A stretch of 63,509 nucleotides of DNA, counting the filler. It is 10 parts of 10 records of this genome, joined end to end, with 100 filler letters (N's around TTAATTAATTAA, not from the genome) between each part and the next. Parts side by side here need not be neighbours in the genome. Positions count along the whole stretch, not along the records: positions 5,189 to 12,772 come from SRR31156797_9559; positions 12,873 to 19,065 come from SRR31156797_9567; positions 19,166 to 26,131 come from SRR31156797_9574; 7 more parts are not named here. One strand, given 5' to 3'. Of the stretch, positions 10,745 through 19,645 are shown piece after piece. Numbering within the stretch: the stretch's first letter is position 1; every line of letters starts with the position of its first letter. The position numbers were made by a program, and so were the translations under genes. Under the pieces are notes generated by a model. That model was not told the DNA's origin, did no database searches, and worked only from the letters and a program-made list of their open reading frames with translations.

Positions 10745-11452
10745 TTACGATGCCGGCCCTATGGAGCAAATATCAAAGCCGATTCTATTCAGAGCGGTCA
10801 AGCGCAATAAATTACCGACCTTAATCCAACATTTGGGGGCTTTATTTGGAACAATCCACCCTTGGACATGTACGTTTAACGATTCAAAACCAGCTTTCAT
10901 GAATAGATTTTTCATATAGCTAGTTGAAAACTGTAAAGCCATTTGTTCTTCTTTGTTTATAGCTGAAAATAGGAACATCAGCGGGTTGTTTCGGTTTGGT
11001 TCGAATGAAACTACAGAATGTCTGGCAACCCTTTTCATTTCTTTGAGCGCAAGAATCCTCTGAGGTTCAACTAGGTGATGTAGAATATGGGATCCAGTGA
11101 CAATATCAAAGCTATCATTAGGAAATGGTAATTCAATTGCAGACCCAAGGCATTTATATTTACAAGGGTTATTCATTAACATTTGCATTGAATAGTCTAA
11201 GCCAACCACATTGCCAAATAAGTTTTCAAGAACATACTGGAGAAAGCCGTTGCCGCAACCCACATCAAGAACGCTATGTTGTGATGGTGAATTAACCAGT
11301 GATTCACATATGTTAGCCAGCGGTTCAAATGCTGCTAATACTACAGGATGGTATGGTTTGCGTCGACTGCCTTTATATGTAGACCAATGCCGTTTTTGTA
11401 TGAAAGTCTGAAAGTTTTTATCTTGCATAACAGTAAAAGTATTATCAGTCAA
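10745..11452 (-). CDS. Class I SAM-dependent methyltransferase
   Basis: VLDVGCGNG motif I; LPFPNDSFDIV; HILHH. Start uncertain (ATG 11428 possible). Confidence 0.88.
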   Translation of the reverse strand: MTDNTFTVMQDKNFQTFIQKRHWSTYKGSRRKPYHPVVLAAFEPLANICESLVNSPSQHSVLDVGCGNGFLQYVLENLFGNVVGLDYSMQMLMNNPCKYKCLGSAIELPFPNDSFDIVTGSHILHHLVEPQRILALKEMKRVARHSVVSFEPNRNNPLMFLFSAINKEEQMALQFSTSYMKNLFMKAGFESLNVHVQGWIVPNKAPKCWIKVGNLLRLTALNRIGFDICSIGPAS

Positions 11453-11700
11453 AAAATAGTAATATGTATGTCAGCGCAACATATATATTAAAACTTAATT
11501 TAACATTGAGTAAAGTTATATTAATGATATGAAAGTAGCAAACTTTACTATATGTTACTTTAGTATATTGATCTGCATTACGTCAACCTCAAAAGATGGC
11601 TCCAAATTAAAAAAATATCTAATAGCAATTTGATTTTGTTAGAAATTAAGATGATGAAATATTTTATATACATTTAAAAATGTTAAATTTTACGTTACTG

Positions 11701-12549
11701 CTATTTTATGGAATTATTCTGCAAAACCCCCCTATTTATAGTCAACGGAATGACATTTTCCCCTGTCCTGTATAGAGCTGTTTTATTTATGAAAAGACGT
11801 GCGCGTAACAACTGCTTTTCATAAAAATCCAAATGATTGATCCTTATATTTGCCGGTGCGGTTCTGGCGACCAACTGATAGGCGTTGGCGAATTTTTCTC
11901 CTTTTTTCATGAGTTGGACCATTATTTCTATTTTTTCGAAGTCTGTTTTATTTTTGGCCACCGGGTACAGGGCTACGGCTTTGGGAAAATTTCTCAGAAC
12001 GTGGGCGATTGCCGTGCGGCAGGCCGGGCAAGTTGGTGAAAAATATATTATTACCGGCGCGTTTTCATTTCCGTAAATAGGCCAGGGGCCTTTCCATTGC
12101 AGGGCTGTGTTGAAGATATTGGGTGATAGCATGAAAAGCCAGATTGCGGCAAGGGCCAAGGCGGATTTCGGGCGGCCTGCTTGAACGGACGGCATCAGCC
12201 CGATGAAGGTAAAAAAGAAAAAAAGGCCTCCGATGAGGCAGTTAAAGCAGGGAAGCGTGACCGCCATCCAGGCCAGTAGAAAAATATCTATTAAAAGGGC
12301 GATCGAGGCCGCGATATAGGCCAGGAGTCTTTGTTTTATGAGACCTAATATGGCAATGCCAAGGAGCGAAACGCAACCCCACCACCATAGTGATATTTTG
12401 AAGAGTTTTACGTCTTCATACAACGCACATCCATCCGTGAAGCACAAGAGATCGGCGCCGCCGAGTGCGGACACGGCGCAAAAGACAGCTCCGAAAAGGG
12501 CGATGAACGGGCCGGTTTTTTTATGGGAGGATTTTTCAAGTAAGGCCAT
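11701..12549 (-). CDS. VKOR-like membrane domain fused to a thioredoxin-like domain
   Basis: Loop cysteine pair CFTDGC, membrane CxxC (PCFNC), then YFSPTCPACR thioredoxin-type motif. Confidence 0.7.
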   Translation of the reverse strand: MALLEKSSHKKTGPFIALFGAVFCAVSALGGADLLCFTDGCALYEDVKLFKISLWWWGCVSLLGIAILGLIKQRLLAYIAASIALLIDIFLLAWMAVTLPCFNCLIGGLFFFFTFIGLMPSVQAGRPKSALALAAIWLFMLSPNIFNTALQWKGPWPIYGNENAPVIIYFSPTCPACRTAIAHVLRNFPKAVALYPVAKNKTDFEKIEIMVQLMKKGEKFANAYQLVARTAPANIRINHLDFYEKQLLRARLFINKTALYRTGENVIPLTINRGVLQNNSIK

Positions 12550-12772
12550 AAAGATGCTCCGCAGCTGTTTGTGTTTGCATTATAGCAATTGAAGGGAGTG
12601 AAACTCAAGGGAAGCGGAAGAGTAAAAAGTGAAGAGTGAAGGGTGAAAGGAGAAATGAGGAGAGAAGATTTCTATTAACGCTGTTAATGCGGGGTTGTTC
12701 CACCCCTCGCTCGAGGCTTCGTGACATATACAGGCTTTTTCTCTGCCCAGGCCAAGGGGCGCGCCGGAGCAT

Positions 12773-12872
12773 NNNNNNNNNNNNNNNNNNNNNNNNNNNN
12801 NNNNNNNNNNNNNNNNTTAATTAATTAANNNNNNNNNNNNNNNNNNNNNNNNNNNNNNNNNNNNNNNNNNNN
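12773..12872. other. Artificial contig spacer 2
   Basis: 44N-TTAATTAATTAA-44N. Confidence 0.98.
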
Positions 12873-13432
12873 CCGCCATGGAAGCCCACTGGGAAACCCA
12901 GACAAAGGCCCCCATCATTCTCTTTGCCTGGCCTGACCAGGAAGCCGAAAAGAACCTCTGGGAGTTTGGTTCCATTCCCGGTCTCTTAAGCTTCCTTGGG
13001 TTCCACGACTTCAACGCAACCGTACGGGGCCTTGCCGACTTTCCCAAGGAGGACCGGCCACCGGTGCTTCTCACCTTCATTGGCTTCAGGGTCATGGTGG
13101 GGCTTGGCACCCTGTTCATCCTCCTCACCCTGATCGGCCTGATCAAGCGCAACCGGCTGATGGAATCTCCGGGCTATCTCAAGATCATGCTCTGGGCCAT
13201 TCCCCTGCCCTACATCGCCATCGAGATGGGATGGATGGTGGCCGAGGTAGGCCGACAGCCCTGGATCGTCTACGGGTTGATGAGGACCTCGGACGCAGCC
13301 TCGCCCATCATGGGTTACCAGGTGCTGACCTCCCTTATCGGCTTTGTCATTGTCTACGGTCTCCTGGGCGCGGTTGGATTCTTTCTCATGGCCAAAGCCG
13401 CCATCAAAGGTCCGGCACCGGAAGAGGCCTAA
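12873..13432 (+). CDS. cydA: Cytochrome bd quinol oxidase subunit I (5' truncated)
   Basis: AAMEAHWET, FRVMVGLG and GWMVAEVGRQPWIVYGLMRT motifs. Confidence 0.95.
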
Positions 13433-13495
13433 CATACGGTTTACCATTAACATGTTCTTTCAAACTCACATTCTTAAAAACAGGAGCGTACAATC

Positions 13496-14512
13496 ATGAT
13501 ATTGGAAATAACCTGGTTCTGCCTATGGGGCCTTCTATGGGCGATCTTTTTCATGACAGACGGATTTGACTTTGGCGTGGGAACCCTCTATCCCTTTCTG
13601 GGAAAAACCGATACCGACCGGCGGATGATGATCAATTCCGTGGGTCCCCTCTGGGACGGCAACGAGGTGTGGCTGATCACCGCGGGCGGCGTTACATTTG
13701 CCGCCTTTCCAAAAGTGTATGCTGTGATGTTTTCAACCCTCTACACTCCCCTGATGCTGATACTCTTCGCCCTTATTCTCAGGGGCGTCGCCTTTGAATT
13801 CCGGGGGCAGATCGACTCCCCGGGCTGGAAACGGATCTGGGACGCCTGTATCTTTGTGGGAAGCGCGGCCCCCGGCCTTCTCTTTGGCGTGGCCTTTGCC
13901 AACATCTTCAGGGGCATCCCCTTTGACAGCCAGGGCCTCTACCACGGGCACCTTCTCATGCTCCTCAACCCCTACGGCCTCCTGGGGGGCGTCCTCTTCC
14001 TGGTTCTCTTCATGGTCCACGGCGCCAACTGGCTTGCCATCCGGACCAGCGGAGATCTCCACGACAGGGCGGTGGCAATGGCCCATAAACTCTGGGTCGC
14101 CCTTGTTGCCCTGGCGGTTCTCTTTCTTGGGGCAAGCTTTTTTGCCACCTCCCTCTATGACAACTATATCAAATACCCGGCCCTGTTTCTGATCATCCTC
14201 GGGACCGTGGCCGCCCTGCTGGGGATCAAATTTTTCCTCACCAGAAAGCATTACTTCAAGGCATGGTTTTCATCGGCCGCCACCATTGTCGGGGCCACCT
14301 TTTTCGGCATAGCGGGTCTTTTTCCCGCCCTTTTTCCCTCCATCAAAGACAGTGGAGCGACCCTGACCGCATTCAATGCGTCCTCGAGTCCCCTGACCCT
14401 GAAGATCATGCTCACGGTGGTGGTGCTCTTTCTTCCCCTGGTCATCGCCTACCAGATCTGGGCCTACAACCTGTTCAAGGGAAAGGTGGCCGAGGATGAT
14501 CTTGAGTACTAG
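13496..14512 (+). CDS. cydB: Cytochrome bd quinol oxidase subunit II
   Basis: TDGFDFGVG, GPLWDGNEVWLI and LRGVAFEFR motifs; AGGAG RBS. Confidence 0.96.
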   Translation: MILEITWFCLWGLLWAIFFMTDGFDFGVGTLYPFLGKTDTDRRMMINSVGPLWDGNEVWLITAGGVTFAAFPKVYAVMFSTLYTPLMLILFALILRGVAFEFRGQIDSPGWKRIWDACIFVGSAAPGLLFGVAFANIFRGIPFDSQGLYHGHLLMLLNPYGLLGGVLFLVLFMVHGANWLAIRTSGDLHDRAVAMAHKLWVALVALAVLFLGASFFATSLYDNYIKYPALFLIILGTVAALLGIKFFLTRKHYFKAWFSSAATIVGATFFGIAGLFPALFPSIKDSGATLTAFNASSSPLTLKIMLTVVVLFLPLVIAYQIWAYNLFKGKVAEDDLEY

Positions 14513-14551
14513 CCTGTGAAAAAAGCAGCTGAGGAAAACCTTGAGTATTAA
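14474..14551 (+). repeat. Degenerate in-frame tandem duplication of the last 13 codons of cydB
   Basis: 14474-14512 encodes FKGKVAEDDLEY-TAG; 14513-14551 encodes PVKKAAEENLEY-TAA. Confidence 0.75.
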
Positions 14552-14623
14552 CCGGCCGAGGAGAAGGTGACCGGGAATGACCGTAAAAACCAACCGGCCA
14601 AGCAAAAAAGGAGGTTCAGCCCC

Positions 14624-14824
14624 ATGAACATCGACAGAATAGTCCTTGCAGTTGCAGGCGCCATTATACTGATCACCGTTGTTTTTGCGGTCTCCCACAG
14701 CATCCACTGGCTATGGGTCACCGCCTTTGTCGGCGCCAATCTTTTCCAGGCGGCATTCACCGGATTTTGCCCCATTGCCCACATTCTGGAGGCATCGGGA
14801 ATCAAATCGGGAAAAGCGTTTTAA
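14624..14824 (+). CDS. DUF2892 (YgaP-like) small membrane protein
   Basis: [12 protein letters not shown]...[19 protein letters not shown] upstream of ATG 14624. Confidence 0.85.
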   Translation: MNIDRIVLAVAGAIILITVVFAVSHSIHWLWVTAFVGANLFQAAFTGFCPIAHILEASGIKSGKAF

Positions 14825-14857
14825 ATAATGGATTAACCACAACAAAAGGAGACAGTT

Positions 14858-15019
14858 ATGGACAAGTATGTATGCGATCTGTGCGGTTATGTGTATGACC
14901 CGGAAGTCGGGGATCCAGACAATGGAATCGATGCCGGAACAAGCTTCGACGATATTCCGGATGACTGGGTCTGCCCCATATGCGGCGCTGACAAAAGCGA
15001 ATTTTCAAAGGAAGAGTAA
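14858..15019 (+). CDS. Rubredoxin (53 aa)
   Basis: Read by hand (below the ORF-track cutoff): [61 protein letters not shown]. Confidence 0.97.
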   Translation: MDKYVCDLCGYVYDPEVGDPDNGIDAGTSFDDIPDDWVCPICGADKSEFSKEE

Positions 15020-15024
15020 CAGAT

Positions 15025-15073
15025 AAATGAAAGGCATCCCCCGGACCCGAAAAACCGGGGGGCCTTTCATTTT
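15025..15073. terminator. Bidirectional intrinsic terminator
   Basis: AAATGAAAGGC..CCCCGG / CCGGGG..GCCTTTCATTTT inverted repeat between convergent genes. Confidence 0.8.
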
Positions 15074-15091
15074 CCATGTAGCGTTCGTGAG

Positions 15092-15976
15092 TTACTTCAG
15101 GAAAACCGTATATTTTTTTAAAAAGGCCACGGGATTGTAGGAGAGTTTGGCACGGCGCAGCCCCTGGTCCCCAAGGTCCTGTTCCCGGTTGACAAAGGGG
15201 ACGTCGATTCCGGACTTTTCAAGGAACATCTGGTTGATGGCCTGGTTCGCCCCCTTGAATTCGGGATCGCCTTTTTCAAAATGGATCACCACCGTATCCG
15301 CCGCTACTTTCTCCCCAATGGTATAGGCGACCATTTGACCGTCCACAAGGAGGGCCCCGCCCAGGATTCCCGGTGGCAGATCATTCCAGTTTTTGAGCAC
15401 CCTGTAAATCACCCGGTTTTCCGCGGCAAGGGTTTCGGAGGACTCACAGTCCCGCCAGGTGCACCAGTCTTGCTGCATGGCCATGGCCTGCTTGATCATG
15501 GTGCCGTCAAAAACGGTATATTCATAGGGATAAAGCTTCCTGAACCGGTTCAGCAGATTTTTCTTCTTGTGAAACTGTTTGCCCCGAAGGTGGATCAGCT
15601 CTTCAGAAGCGTAAAGATAATCCCACTGTTCACGGGCGTCTTCCCATTTCACAAAATGGTGAGCCGCGGAAAGCCAGATATCGAGCAACGGCTGGGGAAT
15701 CCTTATAAAAACGGTCTGTTCCCTGGAACAGGTTTCAAGGGACCGCTCCCAGTCCACCTGATCCCAGGGCCCCACCGGGGCCCAGTAAACACGCCGGGGC
15801 CGGGTCTGGCGAATCCAGACAAGCTCACCGTCCCAGGCCCATTCAAGTCCATACTCCCCGGCCCACGCCCAAAGATTCAATAAGCTGTAATCCGACGGTT
15901 TTACGGGACACAGGGCAAGCAGCTCCCGATATTCCCGCTGCCGGTCAAGGGAGATGGGAAAAAAAACCAATTCCAT
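15092..15976 (-). CDS. DUF2156 / aminoacyl-phosphatidylglycerol-synthase C-terminal-like (GNAT) protein
   Basis: DYLY..EL..LRGK..HKKKN, IHFEKG and VNREQDLG..GLRRAKLSYNP motifs. Confidence 0.85.
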   Translation of the reverse strand: MELVFFPISLDRQREYRELLALCPVKPSDYSLLNLWAWAGEYGLEWAWDGELVWIRQTRPRRVYWAPVGPWDQVDWERSLETCSREQTVFIRIPQPLLDIWLSAAHHFVKWEDAREQWDYLYASEELIHLRGKQFHKKKNLLNRFRKLYPYEYTVFDGTMIKQAMAMQQDWCTWRDCESSETLAAENRVIYRVLKNWNDLPPGILGGALLVDGQMVAYTIGEKVAADTVVIHFEKGDPEFKGANQAINQMFLEKSGIDVPFVNREQDLGDQGLRRAKLSYNPVAFLKKYTVFLK

Positions 15977-15978
15977 GG

Positions 15979-16434
15979 CTACCACACCTCGGGATATCCC
16001 ACGTCCAGGAACGCCTGTTCAAGTTTCAGCTTATGCCCCCGCTCCATGGCGGCAAGATCCAGGAACACCTTTTTCTGTTCCTTGTCCGGGCAGTTTTGCG
16101 CAAGCATGGTATACTCGTTCAAGGCCTGCTCCTCCTTTTTCATGGCAAGGGCGATGGCGTCCGCAGGTTTCATCGCCAGGGAGAGCCTGGGTTCATCAAC
16201 GGTTTCCGCCACCTTGTAGTCCACCGCTTCATTGAAATGGAGGCTGATGGTGTCGCTTTTCAGGATGTTCCTGAGAATTTTTTCATGCGTCTTCTCCTCT
16301 TTGGAAAAATGTTCAAACATCTCCCTGAGATAGGGGTCTTTCACCTTTCCCGCAGCCGCCCCGTAAAATTCCTGGGCCTCTATCTCATTGGCGATGGCCA
16401 TGTCGATAATGTTCCGATAGGTCTCGAGATCCAT
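15979..16434 (-). CDS. Ferritin-like / rubrerythrin di-iron domain protein
   Basis: AIANEIEAQEFY, EEKTHE, AMKKEEQA and MERGHK ExxH pairs; ATG 16434 preceded by GGGGGAG. Confidence 0.88.
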   Translation of the reverse strand: MDLETYRNIIDMAIANEIEAQEFYGAAAGKVKDPYLREMFEHFSKEEKTHEKILRNILKSDTISLHFNEAVDYKVAETVDEPRLSLAMKPADAIALAMKKEEQALNEYTMLAQNCPDKEQKKVFLDLAAMERGHKLKLEQAFLDVGYPEVW

Positions 16435-16474
16435 TGCTCCCCCCGTTTTACTTGAATTCGTCATTTCAACGGCG

Positions 16475-16708
16475 TCAATCTTCCTGGGGCCAGGCCTTGG
16501 CCTCCCGTTCCGCCACATGGTAACAAAAACGGTTCCATTCAAACTCCTTTAAACTGACCGGGCACCTGAGCCGCACCTTCCGTTCCGTCAGGTTCACCAC
16601 CTCCCAGTCGCCTTTCCGGGGGCCGCCGTCAATATGAATTTTCTGCCCCGGATAAAAATCAAACACTGAAAACACCGTCACCCTGTATCCTTCGGCTGGA
16701 TCGGCCAT
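16475..16708 (-). CDS. Hypothetical protein (~77 aa)
   Basis: Closely packed in the operon after iorB; GAGGTGAG RBS. Confidence 0.65.
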   Translation of the reverse strand: MADPAEGYRVTVFSVFDFYPGQKIHIDGGPRKGDWEVVNLTERKVRLRCPVSLKEFEWNRFCYHVAEREAKAWPQED

Positions 16709-16709
16709 A

Positions 16710-17291
16710 TCACTCACCTCCGTTCTTTGCGTCAAACAACGCCATGTTTTTCGACAACATCTCCCCTTTCATAAGATCCGCCATGGCCCAGCGGTAATGC
16801 AGATCCCGGACCTTGGGTATCAACCCGTGTTTCGCCACCGTGGCGAGCACCACGATATTCTGCATGCGGGACTCCGGAAGTTCCGGGTCCCTCACCTTGT
16901 AAAACCGGATATTTTTCTGTCGGCAGAGGGCCTCGATCTGATCTTCCCCCACGGGTTCCGTATTGCCCAGGCGAACATCCAGGGGCTGCCAGACCGTATC
17001 ATAATAAACCAGCCCCCCCCCTTTTCTCAAGGCCGTATTCGTCCCCCTGAGGGCTTCATGGCGCTCCAGGGCCACTACCAGATCCGCCCGGCCCCGGGGC
17101 ACCATGGGGGAAGAGACCCGGTTCCCCAATCGCAGGTGGGAGATCACGGTTCCCCCCCGTTGCGCCAGGCCGTGGGTATCCACCCCTTTTACCCGGAGCC
17201 CGGCATGGTCGGCGGCCCGGATGAGGATTTCACTCAAAAGGCCGATGCCCTGGCCGCCGACGCCAATGAGATACGCATTGAATTCATCCAT
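16710..17291 (-). CDS. iorB: Indolepyruvate:ferredoxin oxidoreductase beta subunit
   Basis: IGVGGQGIGL and THGLAQRGGTVISHLR motifs. Confidence 0.9.
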   Translation of the reverse strand: MDEFNAYLIGVGGQGIGLLSEILIRAADHAGLRVKGVDTHGLAQRGGTVISHLRLGNRVSSPMVPRGRADLVVALERHEALRGTNTALRKGGGLVYYDTVWQPLDVRLGNTEPVGEDQIEALCRQKNIRFYKVRDPELPESRMQNIVVLATVAKHGLIPKVRDLHYRWAMADLMKGEMLSKNMALFDAKNGGE

Positions 17292-17380
17292 TTTTCATCT
17301 CGCTGTTTATTATTTTCTCCGATGTTTGGATCGTTCCGGCAAGGAATCAGAGAGTATCCTTTGTTTAAGGCGTGCCCGGG

Positions 17381-19065
17381 TCAGGTTTTATAGGGGCTGA
17401 TGGCCGATGTGGGACAGGTCTGAATGCAGGACCCGTCGCCGATACAAAGATCCGCGTTGATCTCGACGCTTCCGTCCTTCTTTCGCGTGAAAGTGGGACA
17501 TCCGAAGGAAACGAGACATTCATGGTTTTGATCACAGATTTTCCGGTCGATGGCCACCCGTCTTCCCCAGTACCCCGGTTTCCGGCGCTGCTCCCGTGTA
17601 AACTTGAGCATGCAGGGGTGTCTTGCGATCACCACACTGAATGCATCGTCATCCATGGCCTGTTTCACAAACCCGGCCAGCTTGTCCTGGCGGTAGGTGT
17701 CCGTTTCGTAAATATGCCGGATCCCGAGCCCTTCCAGCACCCCTTTCACGGGAATTTTCCCTGTCACCCCATTAAAATTTTTGCCGGTGGCGGGGGTCTC
17801 CTGGTGCCCGGTCATGGCCGTGGTGCTGTTCTCCATCAGGATGAGGGTGATGTTGTGGTTGTTGAATACGGCATTGATGATCCCGGGCAGTCCGGCATGG
17901 AAAAAGGTGGAGTCGCCCATGAACGCCACCACCTTTCGCGAATTGTTGAAAATGGACAGCCCCGCTCCCATGCCGGGGGAGGCGCCCATGCACATGAGGA
18001 GCTCGCCCATCCCGTAGGGGGGCAGGAACCCCAGGGTGTGACAGCCGATATCGGCCACGGTGATATCGGTTTGTTCAAGGGCTTTTTTAATGGCATAAAA
18101 GGCGCTGCGGTGGCCGCACCCCGGGCACATCTGGGCCGGCCGGGCGGGCACCGCCACCTCCTGTCCCGGGTCCACCCTTGCCGTCAGCAGATCCGGCCAG
18201 GTCCTTGACAGGATATCGTACACCTTGTCAAAGGTGAACTCCCCCACCCAGTCCTCAGCATCTGCCTTGCCCATGATCCGGGTTTTCAAGCCTGCGTCCC
18301 AGGCAAGTCGCTTGACATCATTTTCCAGAATGTCATCGAGCTCCTCCAGGATCGTTACCTCCCTGTGGCTTTTGAGAAAATCGAGGACAAGCTTCCCGGG
18401 AATGGGATGGACAAAGCCGAGCTTAAGGATGTCGGGCTTTTCCGTTGCTGTTTCCAGGACATCCATGAGGGACAGAAAGGGCAATCCCATGGTGATGATG
18501 CCACGCTCGCCATTACCGTGGTCCACCACCCGATTGAGGGGACTCTCCTCCGCCCCGGCCTCCACGGCGGCAAGGTTTGCCAGGGCCCGCCGCTTCATGG
18601 GAAAAACCAAGGCGGTAATGGGAATATAGGGACCGTTCTTTACATCAAATTTCGGGGTATCGTCAAAGGCAAAGGACGGCAAGGCGTCAAAGGCCACCTT
18701 TTCCTTGGCATGGCAGACATGGGTGGTCATCCTCAGGATGACGGGCATGTGATGCTTTTGGGACAGCCGTACCGCGGCTTTGTAAAAGGTGTAAACTTCA
18801 GACGGATTGGCCGGCTCCAGCACGGGGGTGTAGGCCATGCGGGCGAAATGGCGGTTGTCCTGCTCGTTCTGGGACGAATTTGCCCCCGGGTCGTCCCCCA
18901 GGACCACGACCATCCCGCCAATGATGTTCATGAGGCTCAATTGCACAAAGGTATCGGATGCCACATTCAACCCCACGCTCTTGAAGAACACCGTTGACAA
19001 ATGACCGTTTATCCCGGCCCCGTACGCCACTTCCATGGCCACTTTTTCATTGGTGGAAAATTCAA
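17381..19065 (-). CDS. iorA: Indolepyruvate:ferredoxin oxidoreductase alpha subunit (5' truncated)
   Basis: FKSVGLNVASD, DDPGANSSQNEQDNR, MCPGCGHR, GDSTFFH TPP motif, C-terminal ferredoxin cysteines. Confidence 0.93.
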
Positions 19066-19165
19066 NNNNNNNNNNNNNNNNNNNNNNNNNNNNNNNNNNN
19101 NNNNNNNNNTTAATTAATTAANNNNNNNNNNNNNNNNNNNNNNNNNNNNNNNNNNNNNNNNNNNN
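19066..19165. other. Artificial contig spacer 3
   Basis: 44N-TTAATTAATTAA-44N. Confidence 0.98.
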
Positions 19166-19166
19166 A

Positions 19167-19643
19167 AAAGAGAGAATTTTTTCTTTTAGAAATTCGGCTC
19201 ATGCTTGGGATCCTAAGAATCAAAGACCTGAGATGTGGAAATTGTATAATACGAAAATAAATAAAGGAGAAAGTATGAGAGTGTTTCCTATTTCGAATTG
19301 GACTGAAAAAGATATATGGCAATATATCAAAAGGGAAAATATCGATATAGTTCCACTTTATTTTGCAAAAGAAAGACCTATTATAAATAGAGACGGAAAT
19401 ATTATTCTTGTTGATGATGATAGATTAGAAATTTTACCAGATGAAAAAATAGAAATGAAAAAAGTAAGATTTAGAACATTAGGTTGTTATCCTTTGACTG
19501 GTGGAGTGGAATCTGAAGCTGAGACGATGGAACTTGTTATAGAGGAAACATTAGGAGCTGTATCTTCAGAAAGAACCACAAGAGTTATAGATCAGGAAGC
19601 AGCAGCGAGTATGGAAAGACGTAAAAGAGAGGGGTACTTTTAA
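19167..19643 (+). CDS. cysD: Sulfate adenylyltransferase subunit 2 (5' truncated)
   Basis: [34 protein letters not shown] and [11 protein letters not shown] motifs. Confidence 0.96.
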   Translation, partial: KERIFSFRNSAHAWDPKNQRPEMWKLYNTKINKGESMRVFPISNWTEKDIWQYIKRENIDIVPLYFAKERPIINRDGNIILVDDDRLEILPDEKIEMKKVRFRTLGCYPLTGGVESEAETMELVIEETLGAVSSERTTRVIDQEAAASMERRKREGYF

Positions 19644-19645
19644 TT

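Noticed and set aside
12596..12668. Purine-rich GTGAAGA/GTGAAGG short repeats
   Set aside because: Only a few degenerate 7-nt units with no spacers; low-complexity intergenic sequence at a contig end.
12986..18997. Long antisense and alternate-frame ORFs over cydAB, DUF2156 and iorAB
   Set aside because: Shadow ORFs expected in GC-rich coding DNA; they carry no motifs and fully overlap well-supported genes.
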